Below are positions 21,217-31,122 of a stretch of 64,000 nt of DNA, in pieces. Source of the DNA: an uncultured Deminuibacter sp. (GTDB lineage Bacteria > Bacteroidota > Bacteroidia > Chitinophagales > Chitinophagaceae); contig CBJLMB010000013.1 in NCBI GenBank assembly GCA_966424055.1, forward strand, positions 38,562-102,561, written 5' to 3'. Position numbers and translations under genes: made by a program. The notes beneath the pieces were generated by a model, which saw only the letters and a program-made list of their open reading frames with translations, had not been told where the DNA came from and did no database searches. The stretch's first letter is position 1, and each line of letters begins with the position of its first letter.

Positions 21217-22767
21217 ATGTTCCAGGTATACCGGTTATCAATCGTATTATTCTGTCTCATTGCAGGCAGTATGGTTAAAGCACAGCGTCCTGTGCTGGAT
21301 ATTGTACATTTTGGCGCCAGGGCAGATGGGATTACAGACAATACAGCTGCCATACAAAAAGCCATCAGCCAGGCATCAGCCACTGGCGGTGGTATAGTGG
21401 TGGTGCCGGCCGGCCGGTTTTTAACCGGCGTATTGACACTGCAATCGAATGTAGAACTGCAACTTGCTGAAGGCGCAGTATTGCTGGCTTCCGCCAGGCG
21501 CGCTGACTATGGGGGACGAAATGCATCGGCCCTGCTGGTGGCCAGCGGGCAGCAGCATATTGCTTTAACAGGAAAAGGTATCATTGACGGGCAGGGCACC
21601 GCATTGCTGGAAGATATCTATCGCATGCTGCATACAGACACCTTGCAGGATGATGAATGGCAAACTTATAATCCCTGGCACCAGATGCGCCCTGCAGAAC
21701 ACAATCGCCCCAAATTAGTGGAGTTTATACAATGTTCAGATGTTGCCATTAAAGGTATTACGCTGAAAAACGGATTGTGCTGGATACAAAATTATAAAGA
21801 ATGTACCCGCCTGGTCATTGACAGCGTTCGCGTGGAAAGCACTACTTTCCTGAACAATGATGGCATCGATGTGGTGGATTGTAAAGACGTACGTGTTACG
21901 CATTGTGATATCAATGCTGCGGATGATGGCATCTGCCTCAAATCAGAAAACCGCAACAGCCGCTGCGAAAATGTATATGTTGCCAACTGTCGCGTTCGTT
22001 CCAGTGCCAGCGCCATAAAACTGGGCACTGCATCATGGGGCGGCTTTAAAAATATCACCATCCATAATATATCGGTATATGATACTTACCGCTCTGCCAT
22101 CGCGTTGGAAAGCGTGGATGGTGGTGTGCTCGAAAATGTGGATGTGCGCAATATCGACGCGGTAAATACCGGTAATGCAGTATTTATCCGCCTGGGTCAC
22201 CGCAATAAAGACAGCGTCATTAGCCGTGTGCGGCACCTATACATCGGCAATATAAAGGTCGCTGTTCCTGCCACCAAGCCAGATGCCGGCTACCCAATGG
22301 AAGGGCCTTCCCTCCGGTATCCGCACAATATTATGCCGGCCTCAGTTACGGGATTGCCGGGGCACCCGGTAGAAGATGTGCTGTTGGAAAATATCTCCAT
22401 TACATATGCCGGCGGAGCCAGTAAAGACACCGCTTTTTTTGCACTTGATTCACTGGGTAGGATAACAGAGAATGCATCCGGTTATCCCGAATTTTCCATG
22501 TTTGGTGAACTGCCTGTCTGGGGGTTTTATGCCCGGCATGCCAGCAATATCCGGTTGCTCCATTGCGAGCTGGGGTATGAAAAACCCGATTTTCGCACAG
22601 CGATGATTTTTGATGATGTACAAAAACTGCAGCTGCAAAAACTGCATATCCGCTCCGGGCAACAGGCGCCGTTTATAGTGCTGCATAATACACCCGGGGC
22701 AGCACTGGAAGGCTTACAACTGCCGCAACCGGGTAAAACAGCTGTTTTGCGTACAACCAGCCGGTGA
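21217..22767 (+). CDS. Glycoside hydrolase family 28 (polygalacturonase-like beta-helix)
   Basis: The signal peptide is followed by …VHFGARADGITDNTAAIQKAISQA…GGGIVVVPAGRFLTGVLTLQSNVELQL…. The beta-helix carries NNDGIDVVDCKDV and NAADDGICLKS motifs, corresponding to the GH28 NTD and GDD regions. Confidence 0.7.
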   Translation: MFQVYRLSIVLFCLIAGSMVKAQRPVLDIVHFGARADGITDNTAAIQKAISQASATGGGIVVVPAGRFLTGVLTLQSNVELQLAEGAVLLASARRADYGGRNASALLVASGQQHIALTGKGIIDGQGTALLEDIYRMLHTDTLQDDEWQTYNPWHQMRPAEHNRPKLVEFIQCSDVAIKGITLKNGLCWIQNYKECTRLVIDSVRVESTTFLNNDGIDVVDCKDVRVTHCDINAADDGICLKSENRNSRCENVYVANCRVRSSASAIKLGTASWGGFKNITIHNISVYDTYRSAIALESVDGGVLENVDVRNIDAVNTGNAVFIRLGHRNKDSVISRVRHLYIGNIKVAVPATKPDAGYPMEGPSLRYPHNIMPASVTGLPGHPVEDVLLENISITYAGGASKDTAFFALDSLGRITENASGYPEFSMFGELPVWGFYARHASNIRLLHCELGYEKPDFRTAMIFDDVQKLQLQKLHIRSGQQAPFIVLHNTPGAALEGLQLPQPGKTAVLRTTSR

Positions 22768-22957
22768 TACCGTTTTTTCCGCCAGGCATATTGTTTAGCA
22801 GGATCATTCGGGGCGTTTAGGGCAAACCAGTACACCACAGGATGCAGCTATAATGAAAAAAATTATATTTGGCTGCCGGTGCCGGCGACATACCAGGAAA
22901 TGCTTGTGTTTGCCCTGATGAACACCGGTTGATTTTGTCAACTATCGAAACAATTAT

Positions 22958-25654
22958 TTGCCGATGCATCATTTGTTCTTCCTGAACAGGGTTGCTGTTC
23001 TGCTTGCCTGTTGCTGTACATTCCATGTTGCTGGTGTTGCGGCTCAATCTCCCTGTAAAATAGTGGATATGCAAACAGAATACCTGCATCAGCCCCTGGG
23101 TATTGATGCGGTTCACCCGCGTTTTACCTGGCGGTTGGAAGATGACCGTAAAGGCGCCAGGCAAACTGCTTACCGCATCCTAGTGAATACCGATTCGCTC
23201 GCACTCACTGAAGGCAGGGGTACTGTATGGAATACAGGATGGGTACAGCAAAATGACCAGCTGGTGCTTTTTAACGGCCGGCCACTGCAGCCTTTTACAC
23301 GCTACTACTGGCGTGTGGAGATAGCAGATAAAGACGGGAAAAGAGCAACAGGTACTTATATGGCTGCTTTTGAAACAGGCATGATGGATAGCCGGAACTG
23401 GCAGGGTACCTGGATTTCTGATGGGAATGATATACACCTGAAACCCGCACCTTATTTCAGAAAAGCATTTACAGCCCGGAAAAAAATAAAAACAGCGCGT
23501 GCCTATATCGCTGTTGCCGGTTTGTATGAGCTGTATATTAATGGCAGCAAAATCGGCAATCACCGCCTCGACCCCATGTACACCCGCTTCGATCGCAGAA
23601 CATTGTATGTTACTTATGATGTAACCGGTGCACTGCAACAGGGTACTAATGCAATAGGTGTATTATTGGGCAATGGCTGGTATAACCTGTCATCAACAGC
23701 AGTATGGGAATTTGATAAAGCACCCTGGCGTGCCAGGCCCTGTTTTTGCCTTGATCTCAGACTGGTGTATGAAGATGGCTCAGTAGAAACCATTACATCA
23801 GGTAAAGACTGGAAAACAGCGCTCAGCCCGGTTATATTCAATAGCATTTATACCGGTGAACACTATGACGACCGGTTGGAGCAACCCGGCTGGAACACCA
23901 CTGCATTTGATGATGCTAAATGGAAAAATGTGATCATCCGTTCTGCACCTTCTACACAGATCGTATCACAGGCATTGCACCCCGTGCGGAACGTAGAGGA
24001 AATTGCTGCTACAGGTATAAAGCAACTGAGCGATACCTGTTATGTATTTGACCTGGGGCGGAATATTTCGGGTGTAACTAAGATCAAACTGAATGGCCCT
24101 GCAGGCACAGTGGTACACCTGCGGCATGCAGAAAGGTTGCTGGCCAATGACCATACCGATCTCTCGAATATCGATGTGCATTACCGCCCCACTGATCATA
24201 CCGACCCTTTCCAGACAGATATTTTTATCCTGAACGGAAAAGGTGAAGAAGTGTTCATGCCCCGCTTTAATTACAAAGGTTTCCGCTATGTGGAGCTAAC
24301 CAGCAGCCATCCCCTGCAATTAAACCGGGAAAGCATTACCGGTTATTTTATGCACAGTGATGTGCCTGTGGCCGGGCATATTGATGCAGGCGATACCATT
24401 ATTAACCAGATATGGTCTTCAACCAATCATTCTTATCTATCTAATCTGTTCGGCTATCCTACAGATTGTCCGCAGCGGGAAAAGAACGGCTGGACAGGGG
24501 ATGCGCAGATCGCTATTGAAACAGGGCTGTACAATTTTGATGGCATCACTGTGTATGAAAAATGGCTGGCCGATCACCGCGATGAACAGCAGCCCAATGG
24601 GGTGCTGCCTTCTATTGTGCCCACCTGCGGATGGGGATATGAATGGGGCAATGGACCCGACTGGACCAGTACCATCGCGATTATACCCTGGAATATTTAC
24701 CTGTTCTACGGCGACAGTAAATTACTGGCCGATTGTTATGATAACATTAAACGGTATGTTGATCATATTGAAGCGATCAGTCCTGCAGGTTTAACCACCT
24801 GGGGCCTGGGCGATTGGGTGCCTGTAAAATCAAAAAGCCCGGTTGAACTCACTTCTTCTGCCTATTATTATGCTGATGCGCTGATACTGTCGAAAGCAGC
24901 GAAGCTGCTGCATAAAGATGAAGATGCTGCAAAATATGCTGCACTGGCCGAACATATCAGGAATGCATTTAATAACAAATACCTGGATAAGGCAACCGGT
25001 GTCTACGGCAAAGGCACACAAACAGAACAAAGTGTGCCGCTTTACTGGGGCCTGGCACCCGAAGCGATGAAACCTGCTATTGCAGCACAGCTGGCCAAAC
25101 GGGTGGAGGCAGACAGTTTTCACCTGGATGTGGGATTGCTGGGACAAAAAGCCATATTGAATGCATTGAGCGAAAACGGTTATGCTGATGCTGCCTATAA
25201 AATAGCTGCACAGCGAACCTATCCTTCCTGGGGCTGGTGGATGGTGAACGGCGCTACCACACTGTATGAGAACTGGAAAATAGATGCGGCGCAGGATATA
25301 TCGCTCAATCATATTATGTTTGGCGAAATAGGCGCCTGGTTATTTAAAGGGCCTGGCGGCATTCATCCCGATCCGCAGCAGCCGGGTTTTAAAAACACTA
25401 TCCTGTCACCGCATTTTGCAGAAGGGCTCGATCGTTTTGAAGCCATGCATGAAAGCAGGTATGGAAAAATTGTTTCTTCCTGGACAAAAAACAACAATGA
25501 GATTCACTACACGGCTGTGGTACCGCCCAACACCACTGCCACACTTCACCTGCCGCAATTGGATGGTATGAAAATATACAGCGATGAGCAGCCGGTAGCG
25601 GGAAAAACAATACAGCTGCAGGCAGGTACCTATCACTTCAGCTGGAAACGCTGA
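22958..25654 (+). CDS. Alpha-L-rhamnosidase (GH78)
   Basis: The N-terminal rhamnosidase domain pattern is present (…HPRFTWRLEDDRKGARQTAYRILV…FTRYYWRVEIADKDGKRATGTYMAAFETGMM…WQGTWISD). The ~900-aa length and C-terminal six-hairpin domain fit GH78. Confidence 0.85.
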   Translation: MPMHHLFFLNRVAVLLACCCTFHVAGVAAQSPCKIVDMQTEYLHQPLGIDAVHPRFTWRLEDDRKGARQTAYRILVNTDSLALTEGRGTVWNTGWVQQNDQLVLFNGRPLQPFTRYYWRVEIADKDGKRATGTYMAAFETGMMDSRNWQGTWISDGNDIHLKPAPYFRKAFTARKKIKTARAYIAVAGLYELYINGSKIGNHRLDPMYTRFDRRTLYVTYDVTGALQQGTNAIGVLLGNGWYNLSSTAVWEFDKAPWRARPCFCLDLRLVYEDGSVETITSGKDWKTALSPVIFNSIYTGEHYDDRLEQPGWNTTAFDDAKWKNVIIRSAPSTQIVSQALHPVRNVEEIAATGIKQLSDTCYVFDLGRNISGVTKIKLNGPAGTVVHLRHAERLLANDHTDLSNIDVHYRPTDHTDPFQTDIFILNGKGEEVFMPRFNYKGFRYVELTSSHPLQLNRESITGYFMHSDVPVAGHIDAGDTIINQIWSSTNHSYLSNLFGYPTDCPQREKNGWTGDAQIAIETGLYNFDGITVYEKWLADHRDEQQPNGVLPSIVPTCGWGYEWGNGPDWTSTIAIIPWNIYLFYGDSKLLADCYDNIKRYVDHIEAISPAGLTTWGLGDWVPVKSKSPVELTSSAYYYADALILSKAAKLLHKDEDAAKYAALAEHIRNAFNNKYLDKATGVYGKGTQTEQSVPLYWGLAPEAMKPAIAAQLAKRVEADSFHLDVGLLGQKAILNALSENGYADAAYKIAAQRTYPSWGWWMVNGATTLYENWKIDAAQDISLNHIMFGEIGAWLFKGPGGIHPDPQQPGFKNTILSPHFAEGLDRFEAMHESRYGKIVSSWTKNNNEIHYTAVVPPNTTATLHLPQLDGMKIYSDEQPVAGKTIQLQAGTYHFSWKR

Positions 25655-25793
25655 TGGACACAAAATAATAATTGTCAATTGAACAGAAATTCCCGATCTC
25701 ATAAACGCTTTTTTCTTTTTCAGTAAATGTAACAGGCTGTCTGCCGGTAGTTTTGCCGCCATTTAACGGGGGATGCTCCAGTAACTGACTTAT

Positions 25794-28142
25794 ATGAAGA
25801 AGATTTACCTGCTGCTGGCAATATTAGGGTGTACTACAGGCTTATGGGCGCAGCAAACAATTCGCGGTACTATTAAAGATGAAAACGGGCAGCCATTGAG
25901 GCATTGTTCAGTTAGCCTGAAAGGCCAGCATGAATTTGTGTCTACCGGTGCTAACGGGCAGTATACGCTTAGCACAGATAGAACAGGTAAACAGGAGCTG
26001 GTCATTTCTCTCGCAGGATATAAAACAAACAAACAGGTCATCGACCTGCAACCCGGAAAGGAAATAATGCTGAACGGTCAGCTGGAACCTGACCTGCGCC
26101 AGCTGGATGAAGTGATCGTTTCCGCCAGCCGCCGTCCTGAAGCATTGAGTAATGTGCCTTCCTCTGTTACGGTTGTCAACCGTAAAACCATTGAAAGCGA
26201 TATGGCGGTTGCAACGGATATTACAGAAATACTGGCCAAGGAAGTGCCAGGACTGGCACCTTCAGCACAAACCAGCAGCAATGTAGGTCAGTCATTGCGC
26301 GGCCGTTCGGTACTGGTGATGATCGATGGTATACCACAGTCAACGCCATTGCGCAATGGCGAAGTGGATCTTCGTTCTATCGATCCTTCGGTAATAGAAC
26401 GGGTGGATGTACTGAAAGGCGCTACTGCTATTTATGGCAACGGCGCCACCGGTGGTCTCATCAATTATATAACATTGACACCAAAGGATGCCGGTGTATT
26501 GTCTGGCAAAACTTCGGTGAACATGACAGGCTCGCTGTCTAATTTAAAAAACAGTACCGGTGGGCGGCTCAATCAATTGCTGTATGGCCGCTATAAAAAA
26601 CTGGATTATGTGCTGAGCGGTGTTTATGAACAAACCGGTGAGTTCAAAGATGCAAAAGGACAGTTGCTGGGGCCCAATTACAGCCTCGGCGAAACAGAAA
26701 GCTACAATGCATTTGCAAAAATCGGTTTTGAGCCCACACGCAACCAGCGTATCCAGCTGATGTATAATTTTTACGGCAGCCAGCAAAACTCAAAATATGT
26801 ACTGGTGAATGGCGATTATGCCACGGGCAAGCCTGCCACTGGTGTGCCGGGCAAACAAACCGGCGATCCTACCGGTGTAAAAGGCAATCACAACCTGCAA
26901 TTGTCTTATCATGCCGATAGCCTGATAGGCGCTACTTCACTGGACGCTGATGCCTACTTCCAATCCAGGAATGATGTGTTTTATGTTTCCATCGGCCGTT
27001 TTGAAGGTGGCGACGGGCAGTCGCATACGCTTTCTAAAAAGAAGGGGCTGCGCCTGATGCTGAACACTCCACTGCTAACAGCAAAAACAGCACAGGGTAC
27101 CGTTTCCTATGGTGCCGATCTGCTGAATGATATAACATCTCAGCCACTGGTAGATGGCCGCACCTGGGTACCCGAAATGAACATGCTCAATTTCGCCCCT
27201 TTTGCCGAAACGGAATGGCGGCTGTTGCGCGATCTTATTGTAAAAGGCGGTGTTCGTATAGAAAAAGTACGCATCAGTGTAAACGACTATACAACTCTGC
27301 GCATCACCAATGCGAACGGGCAAACCATTACGCCCAGCTTTAATGTAAAAGGCGGCGACCTGAAATACACAGCCACTTTATTCAATGCAGGTATCCGTTA
27401 TAACCGTTATGCATTGTTCGCGCCTTATGCCAGTTTTTCACAGGGATTTTCTGTGTCGGATGTAGGACTGGCACTGCGCGATGCCAAAGTGGATAATATT
27501 AATAAGATCAATACAGAGGCTGTACTGGTGAACAATTATGAGCTGGGTTTTGTAAGCCGGTATAAAAAACTTCGTTTCGAGCTTACGGGTTTTATCAGCA
27601 CCTCCAAACTGGGCTCCGAAATGCTGTTCGACAATACTACCGGCCTGTTCAATGTAAGCCGTACACCTGAGCGTATATACGGTTTTGAAGCCAGCCTGCA
27701 GTACCAGCTGCTGCCCACACTGGATATCTCTGCTTCCTATAGCTATGTGGAGGGAAAAGCCGACACCGGCAGAAATGGTCATTACAATACTTATTTGAAT
27801 GGAAGACGTATTGCCCCACCCAAGCTAACAGGCAGTGTTCATTACCAGCCTTTGCCGGCGATGGACCTCCGACTGCAATACACAGGCATCTGTGCAAGGG
27901 ATCGCTTTGTTAAAAATACTTCCGGCACATACAATGGCAATGAAGGACCAGTAAGTGCTTATAACCTGTTTAACCTGAATGCCAGCTACCGGTTCAATAA
28001 AAATACGCAGCTCACCCTGGGTATTGAAAACCTGTTCAACGCAGATTATTTTCCTGCCCGCTCCCAGTGGTATATGATCCCGGGTTTTTATTCCAAAGGA
28101 AAAGGTGCCTCGTTCAATGTGGGTATATCGGTGAGCTATTAA
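25794..28142 (+). CDS. TonB-dependent receptor (non-SusC type) with N-terminal carboxypeptidase-regulatory-like domain
   Basis: It has a signal peptide, a plug domain (…VIVSASRRPEALSNVPSSVTVV…IERVDVLKGATAIYGNGATGGLINYIT) and a 22-strand barrel ending in an aromatic residue (…SFNVGISVSY). No SusD gene follows it. Confidence 0.85.
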   Translation: MKKIYLLLAILGCTTGLWAQQTIRGTIKDENGQPLRHCSVSLKGQHEFVSTGANGQYTLSTDRTGKQELVISLAGYKTNKQVIDLQPGKEIMLNGQLEPDLRQLDEVIVSASRRPEALSNVPSSVTVVNRKTIESDMAVATDITEILAKEVPGLAPSAQTSSNVGQSLRGRSVLVMIDGIPQSTPLRNGEVDLRSIDPSVIERVDVLKGATAIYGNGATGGLINYITLTPKDAGVLSGKTSVNMTGSLSNLKNSTGGRLNQLLYGRYKKLDYVLSGVYEQTGEFKDAKGQLLGPNYSLGETESYNAFAKIGFEPTRNQRIQLMYNFYGSQQNSKYVLVNGDYATGKPATGVPGKQTGDPTGVKGNHNLQLSYHADSLIGATSLDADAYFQSRNDVFYVSIGRFEGGDGQSHTLSKKKGLRLMLNTPLLTAKTAQGTVSYGADLLNDITSQPLVDGRTWVPEMNMLNFAPFAETEWRLLRDLIVKGGVRIEKVRISVNDYTTLRITNANGQTITPSFNVKGGDLKYTATLFNAGIRYNRYALFAPYASFSQGFSVSDVGLALRDAKVDNINKINTEAVLVNNYELGFVSRYKKLRFELTGFISTSKLGSEMLFDNTTGLFNVSRTPERIYGFEASLQYQLLPTLDISASYSYVEGKADTGRNGHYNTYLNGRRIAPPKLTGSVHYQPLPAMDLRLQYTGICARDRFVKNTSGTYNGNEGPVSAYNLFNLNASYRFNKNTQLTLGIENLFNADYFPARSQWYMIPGFYSKGKGASFNVGISVSY

Positions 28143-28149
28143 CAGCGGC

Positions 28150-28300
28150 GGGAAATTTGTCTCGCGGAATGCGCGGAAGACGCGGAAGGAAGGGATGAAT
28201 TATTCTTTGAACGTTCCATTTATGATTGCCTGCAGCTGCCAACTGGACTGTGGACTGCCGACTGCCAACTGTGGACTGCCAACTGGACAAAACACTGGAA
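28150..28300. repeat. Intergenic repeat element: GCGGAA-type motif block (GCGGAATGCGCGGAAGACGCGGAAGGAAGG) plus tandem GACTGCCAACTG mini-repeats at 28235-28286
   Basis: Direct reading of the sequence. The same motif families recur at 12655-12700 and 53400-53430 in this window. Confidence 0.55.
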
Positions 28301-28314
28301 TCAATAAAATTACA

Positions 28315-29361
28315 TCACCCCTCGCCCCGGGGATCATCCTGCTGCGCTGTGGCTTGGTAATGCCGCCATCCCCAATACAAGCGGTTGCGTATGTTTTTAC
28401 GCAATACTTCAGGAGCCAGCACTTCAACGCCTTCGCCAAAGCCCAGTATTTCCTTTTCCAGCTCAAAGTTCAGCTGCAGTTTCATTTGTATGATGATGCC
28501 GTTTTCTCTTCGCTCAATCGTTTCCTGGCTGTGGTGAAAGGGCTTGGTTTCTACATAAGGCGCATGCAGCTGGTTTACGAATAGTTGTATTGTTCTGGGG
28601 CGCTGGTTCTGGCTCACCGTAACACCGATCACATCCTTATAAAAATCATGGGGGTGTATACCGCCGTTGCCGGTATACGCGATATTGTCTGCCTGCTCCA
28701 GCGCCTGTATCCTGTCCAGCGCCAGGTTCAGCACATACTGACCGGCCTGTTTCACACCCACAGCGAACCACCTGTTTTTAAATTCTTTCAGCCACCATAC
28801 ATGAAACACGAACTGCTGTGCTTCCCTGGCTTTGAACGAGCGGTAACTGAGCAGTACTGCTTTCTGCTGTATAACGGAATGGTACAACAGGTCGAGGTGT
28901 TCAAGTCCTTTCAGCCGTTCGTTCTTTTCAAAATCAATAACAGGGGTGGTTTGATGGGCAGATGCATATACATGGTCTTCCAGTTTTTGCACTACCTCGT
29001 TCAGGCTGGTAAAATGTGAGAAACCTTTGAATTGTTTCAGCACTTCCACCGCTTCGTTCATGCGGCCCAGATCCTGTTCACTCAGCGGAATATTGGTGAT
29101 GCTGTAGGAGGGATCTTCATAAGTATAATATTTCCGGTTCAGCACCACGATAGGGGCATTATAGCCCAGCTTATCGCTGCGCATCACCTGTATATCGGCC
29201 TGTATGGTGCGTTTGCTAATGCCCTTATCCATGCCTTCATATTCGTACAATGCATCAGATACCGCATCGATCAGCTTTTCCAGTGTCCATTTCCGCTGGC
29301 GGTTGCGCAGGCAGGCATCAATGGCTTTATAGCGGATCAGGGCATTGCGGTTAACAGGCAT
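28315..29361 (-). CDS. WYL domain-containing transcriptional regulator (HTH + WYL), divergent from rtcB
   Basis: The N-terminus MPVNRNALIRYKAIDACLRNRQRKWTLEKL… is the typical start of HTH-WYL regulators. A downstream WYL-like domain is present (…VFHVWWLKEFKNRWFAVGV…). The start is set to the internal ATG at 29361 rather than the ORF-track start at 29469. Confidence 0.75.
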   Translation of the reverse strand: MPVNRNALIRYKAIDACLRNRQRKWTLEKLIDAVSDALYEYEGMDKGISKRTIQADIQVMRSDKLGYNAPIVVLNRKYYTYEDPSYSITNIPLSEQDLGRMNEAVEVLKQFKGFSHFTSLNEVVQKLEDHVYASAHQTTPVIDFEKNERLKGLEHLDLLYHSVIQQKAVLLSYRSFKAREAQQFVFHVWWLKEFKNRWFAVGVKQAGQYVLNLALDRIQALEQADNIAYTGNGGIHPHDFYKDVIGVTVSQNQRPRTIQLFVNQLHAPYVETKPFHHSQETIERRENGIIIQMKLQLNFELEKEILGFGEGVEVLAPEVLRKNIRNRLYWGWRHYQATAQQDDPRGEG

Positions 29362-29397
29362 ACACAAAAAATTTCCGGGAAAATAGAAAATAAATTT

Positions 29398-29422
29398 TAC
29401 TGCGCAAAAAGACTGCGCAGTA
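29398..29422. promoter_or_regulatory. Inverted repeat TACTGCGCA-N7-TGCGCAGTA in the WYL-regulator/rtcB divergent promoter region; candidate operator
   Basis: A perfect 9-bp dyad read from the sequence. It lies between two divergent starts that are about 80 bp apart. Confidence 0.4.
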
Positions 29423-29438
29423 GACTTGCAGCTTTGTA

Positions 29439-30875
29439 TTGTCAAATAAAACAAGCAATATGGAACCATTGAACATCACCGGAAAAGAATTGATCAGCAT
29501 CGGTTATCCGCAATCACCCGCTATAGCCCTGGCCATGCAGCTGGTGGCACATGCCTTCAGTGCAGGGCAGCGGCAAGAAGCATTGGAGGTATTGAAAGCT
29601 GTACTGGAACAGCCGGAGGCTTTTACCGGTGATGCTGTTTTTGCCGAACTGGCCGCAGCGTTGATAGCAGAGAAAGAATCATCTACCATACAGTTACAGC
29701 AACCAGCACCTTATACAGTGTTCGGTAGCGATTTTATTGAACAGGGCGCCCGCGCACAAATGGATGCGGCCGTTAAACTGCCGGTGGCCGTAGCGGGTGC
29801 CCTGATGCCTGATGCTCACCAGGGTTATGGTTTACCTATCGGTGGGGTACTGGCTACCCGTAATGCTGTTATTCCTTATGGTGTGGGTGTGGATATCGGC
29901 TGCCGTATGTGTTTGAGCATTTATGATATACCCGGTGAACATTTAATCAGCCATAAAGCGCAGTACCAGCGTGAACTGGTGGCACATACCCTGTTTGGTG
30001 CAGGTGCGGGTTTTCATGGGCGGTACAAAGCTGATCATGCTGTGCTGGAAGACAAAACTTTTTCGCTTACTCCTTTTATCAAACAGCTGCACGATAAAGC
30101 CTATACCCAGCTGGGTACTTCAGGCGGCGGCAACCATTTTGTAGAATGGGGTGAGCTGGAAATACTGTCAGCACAAAATGCACTGGCTATTCCCAAAGGT
30201 AAATACCTGGCTCTTTTATCTCATTCCGGTTCGCGGGGCTTTGGTGCTACTATTGCAGGGTACTATACCAGGCTGGCAAAGGAATTGTGCCGTTTACCAA
30301 AAGAAGCCGCCAACCTGGCCTACCTGTCGCTGGATACTGCCGAAGGGCAGGAGTACTGGCTGGCAATGAACCTGGCCGGTAATTATGCCAGCGCCTGTCA
30401 TGAAGTAATTCATAATAAGCTTACCAAAGCCATCGGCGCACAGTTACTGGCAAGGGTGGAAAACCACCACAATTTTGCCTGGAAGGAAACCTGGAATAAC
30501 GAGGAGATGATTGTACACCGTAAAGGTGCAACACCTGCGGCCGAAGGTGTGCTGGGTATTATTCCCGGCTCTATGACAGCACCAGGCTTCCTGGTGCGTG
30601 GTAAGGGTAATACTGCTTCATTGCAATCTGCATCGCATGGTGCGGGCCGGCAGATGAGTAGGACTGCCGCCGAAAAGGCTTTCACATCCGAATGGCTGCG
30701 GGCTACACTGCGCGAGCATGATGTAACCCTGATAGGCGGCGGACTGGATGAGGCACCCGGTGCATACAAGGATATCCGTACAGTAATGGCAGCACAGCAA
30801 GACCTGGTAGAAGTACTGGCCTGCTTTACACCACGTATTGTGCGGATGGCCGACGACGGCAGCCGGGAAGATTAA
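29439..30875 (+). CDS. rtcB: RtcB family RNA-splicing/repair ligase (3'-phosphate/5'-hydroxyl nucleic acid ligase), long form
   Basis: Conserved metal and GMP-binding motifs are present: …ALMPDAHQGYGLPIGGV…, …GGGNHFVEW…, …HNHNFAWKE…, …ASHGAGRQMSR…. There is about 100 aa of N-terminal sequence ahead of the core, as in archaeal/eukaryotic-type RtcB. Confidence 0.9.
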   Translation: MSNKTSNMEPLNITGKELISIGYPQSPAIALAMQLVAHAFSAGQRQEALEVLKAVLEQPEAFTGDAVFAELAAALIAEKESSTIQLQQPAPYTVFGSDFIEQGARAQMDAAVKLPVAVAGALMPDAHQGYGLPIGGVLATRNAVIPYGVGVDIGCRMCLSIYDIPGEHLISHKAQYQRELVAHTLFGAGAGFHGRYKADHAVLEDKTFSLTPFIKQLHDKAYTQLGTSGGGNHFVEWGELEILSAQNALAIPKGKYLALLSHSGSRGFGATIAGYYTRLAKELCRLPKEAANLAYLSLDTAEGQEYWLAMNLAGNYASACHEVIHNKLTKAIGAQLLARVENHHNFAWKETWNNEEMIVHRKGATPAAEGVLGIIPGSMTAPGFLVRGKGNTASLQSASHGAGRQMSRTAAEKAFTSEWLRATLREHDVTLIGGGLDEAPGAYKDIRTVMAAQQDLVEVLACFTPRIVRMADDGSRED

Positions 30876-31029
30876 CAACGATTTTGTTGATACAACATAA
30901 AAAGCTTCCACGAGGAAGGTTGAACAGGGTATTGCCAGGCCCGGATGAGGGTTTCTTACAGCCCCGTAGTATTGCCCGCAATAGCTGGTGATATGCTGCC
31001 TGCCTTGCTGTGTTCATCAAACCATCAAT

Positions 31030-31122
31030 GGGCGGGGGTTCGAATCCCCCTGCCGGCAACAGCTGGTATAGCTCAGCGGCAGAGCAATTGAACCAATGCA
31101 GGTTCGAATCCTGCTCCAGCAG
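31030..31122 (+). ncRNA. Two tandem tRNA-like fragments with no anticodon arm; candidate tRNA-mimic / Y-RNA-like (YrlA-type) ncRNA downstream of rtcB
   Basis: Fragment 1 (31031-31054) is GGCGGGGGTTCGAATCCCCCTGCC, a T-arm-like hairpin with the canonical GGTTCGAATCC loop. Fragment 2 (31060-31122) is GCTGG-TA-TAGCTCAGCGGCAGAGCA (D-arm), a 13-nt linker, AGGTTCGAATCCT (T-arm) and GCTCCAGCA (closing acceptor-like stem of about 5 bp). The linker is too short for an anticodon arm, so neither is a functional tRNA. The whole 30876-31426 region is non-coding. Confidence 0.4.

Noticed and set aside
28315-28380. Possibility that the WYL regulator C-terminus is repeat-derived or frameshifted
   Set aside because: The reading frame is intact to a stop before 28315 and the tail is short. 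This cannot be decided without homologues, so it is only mentioned in the feature note.
30990-31060. tmRNA (ssrA) 3' end, because of the GGGGGTTCGAATCCCCC T-arm-like hairpin
   Set aside because: There is no upstream tag-reading-frame region or matching 5' acceptor strand. The region starts only about 150 nt after the rtcB stop, too short for a tmRNA body.
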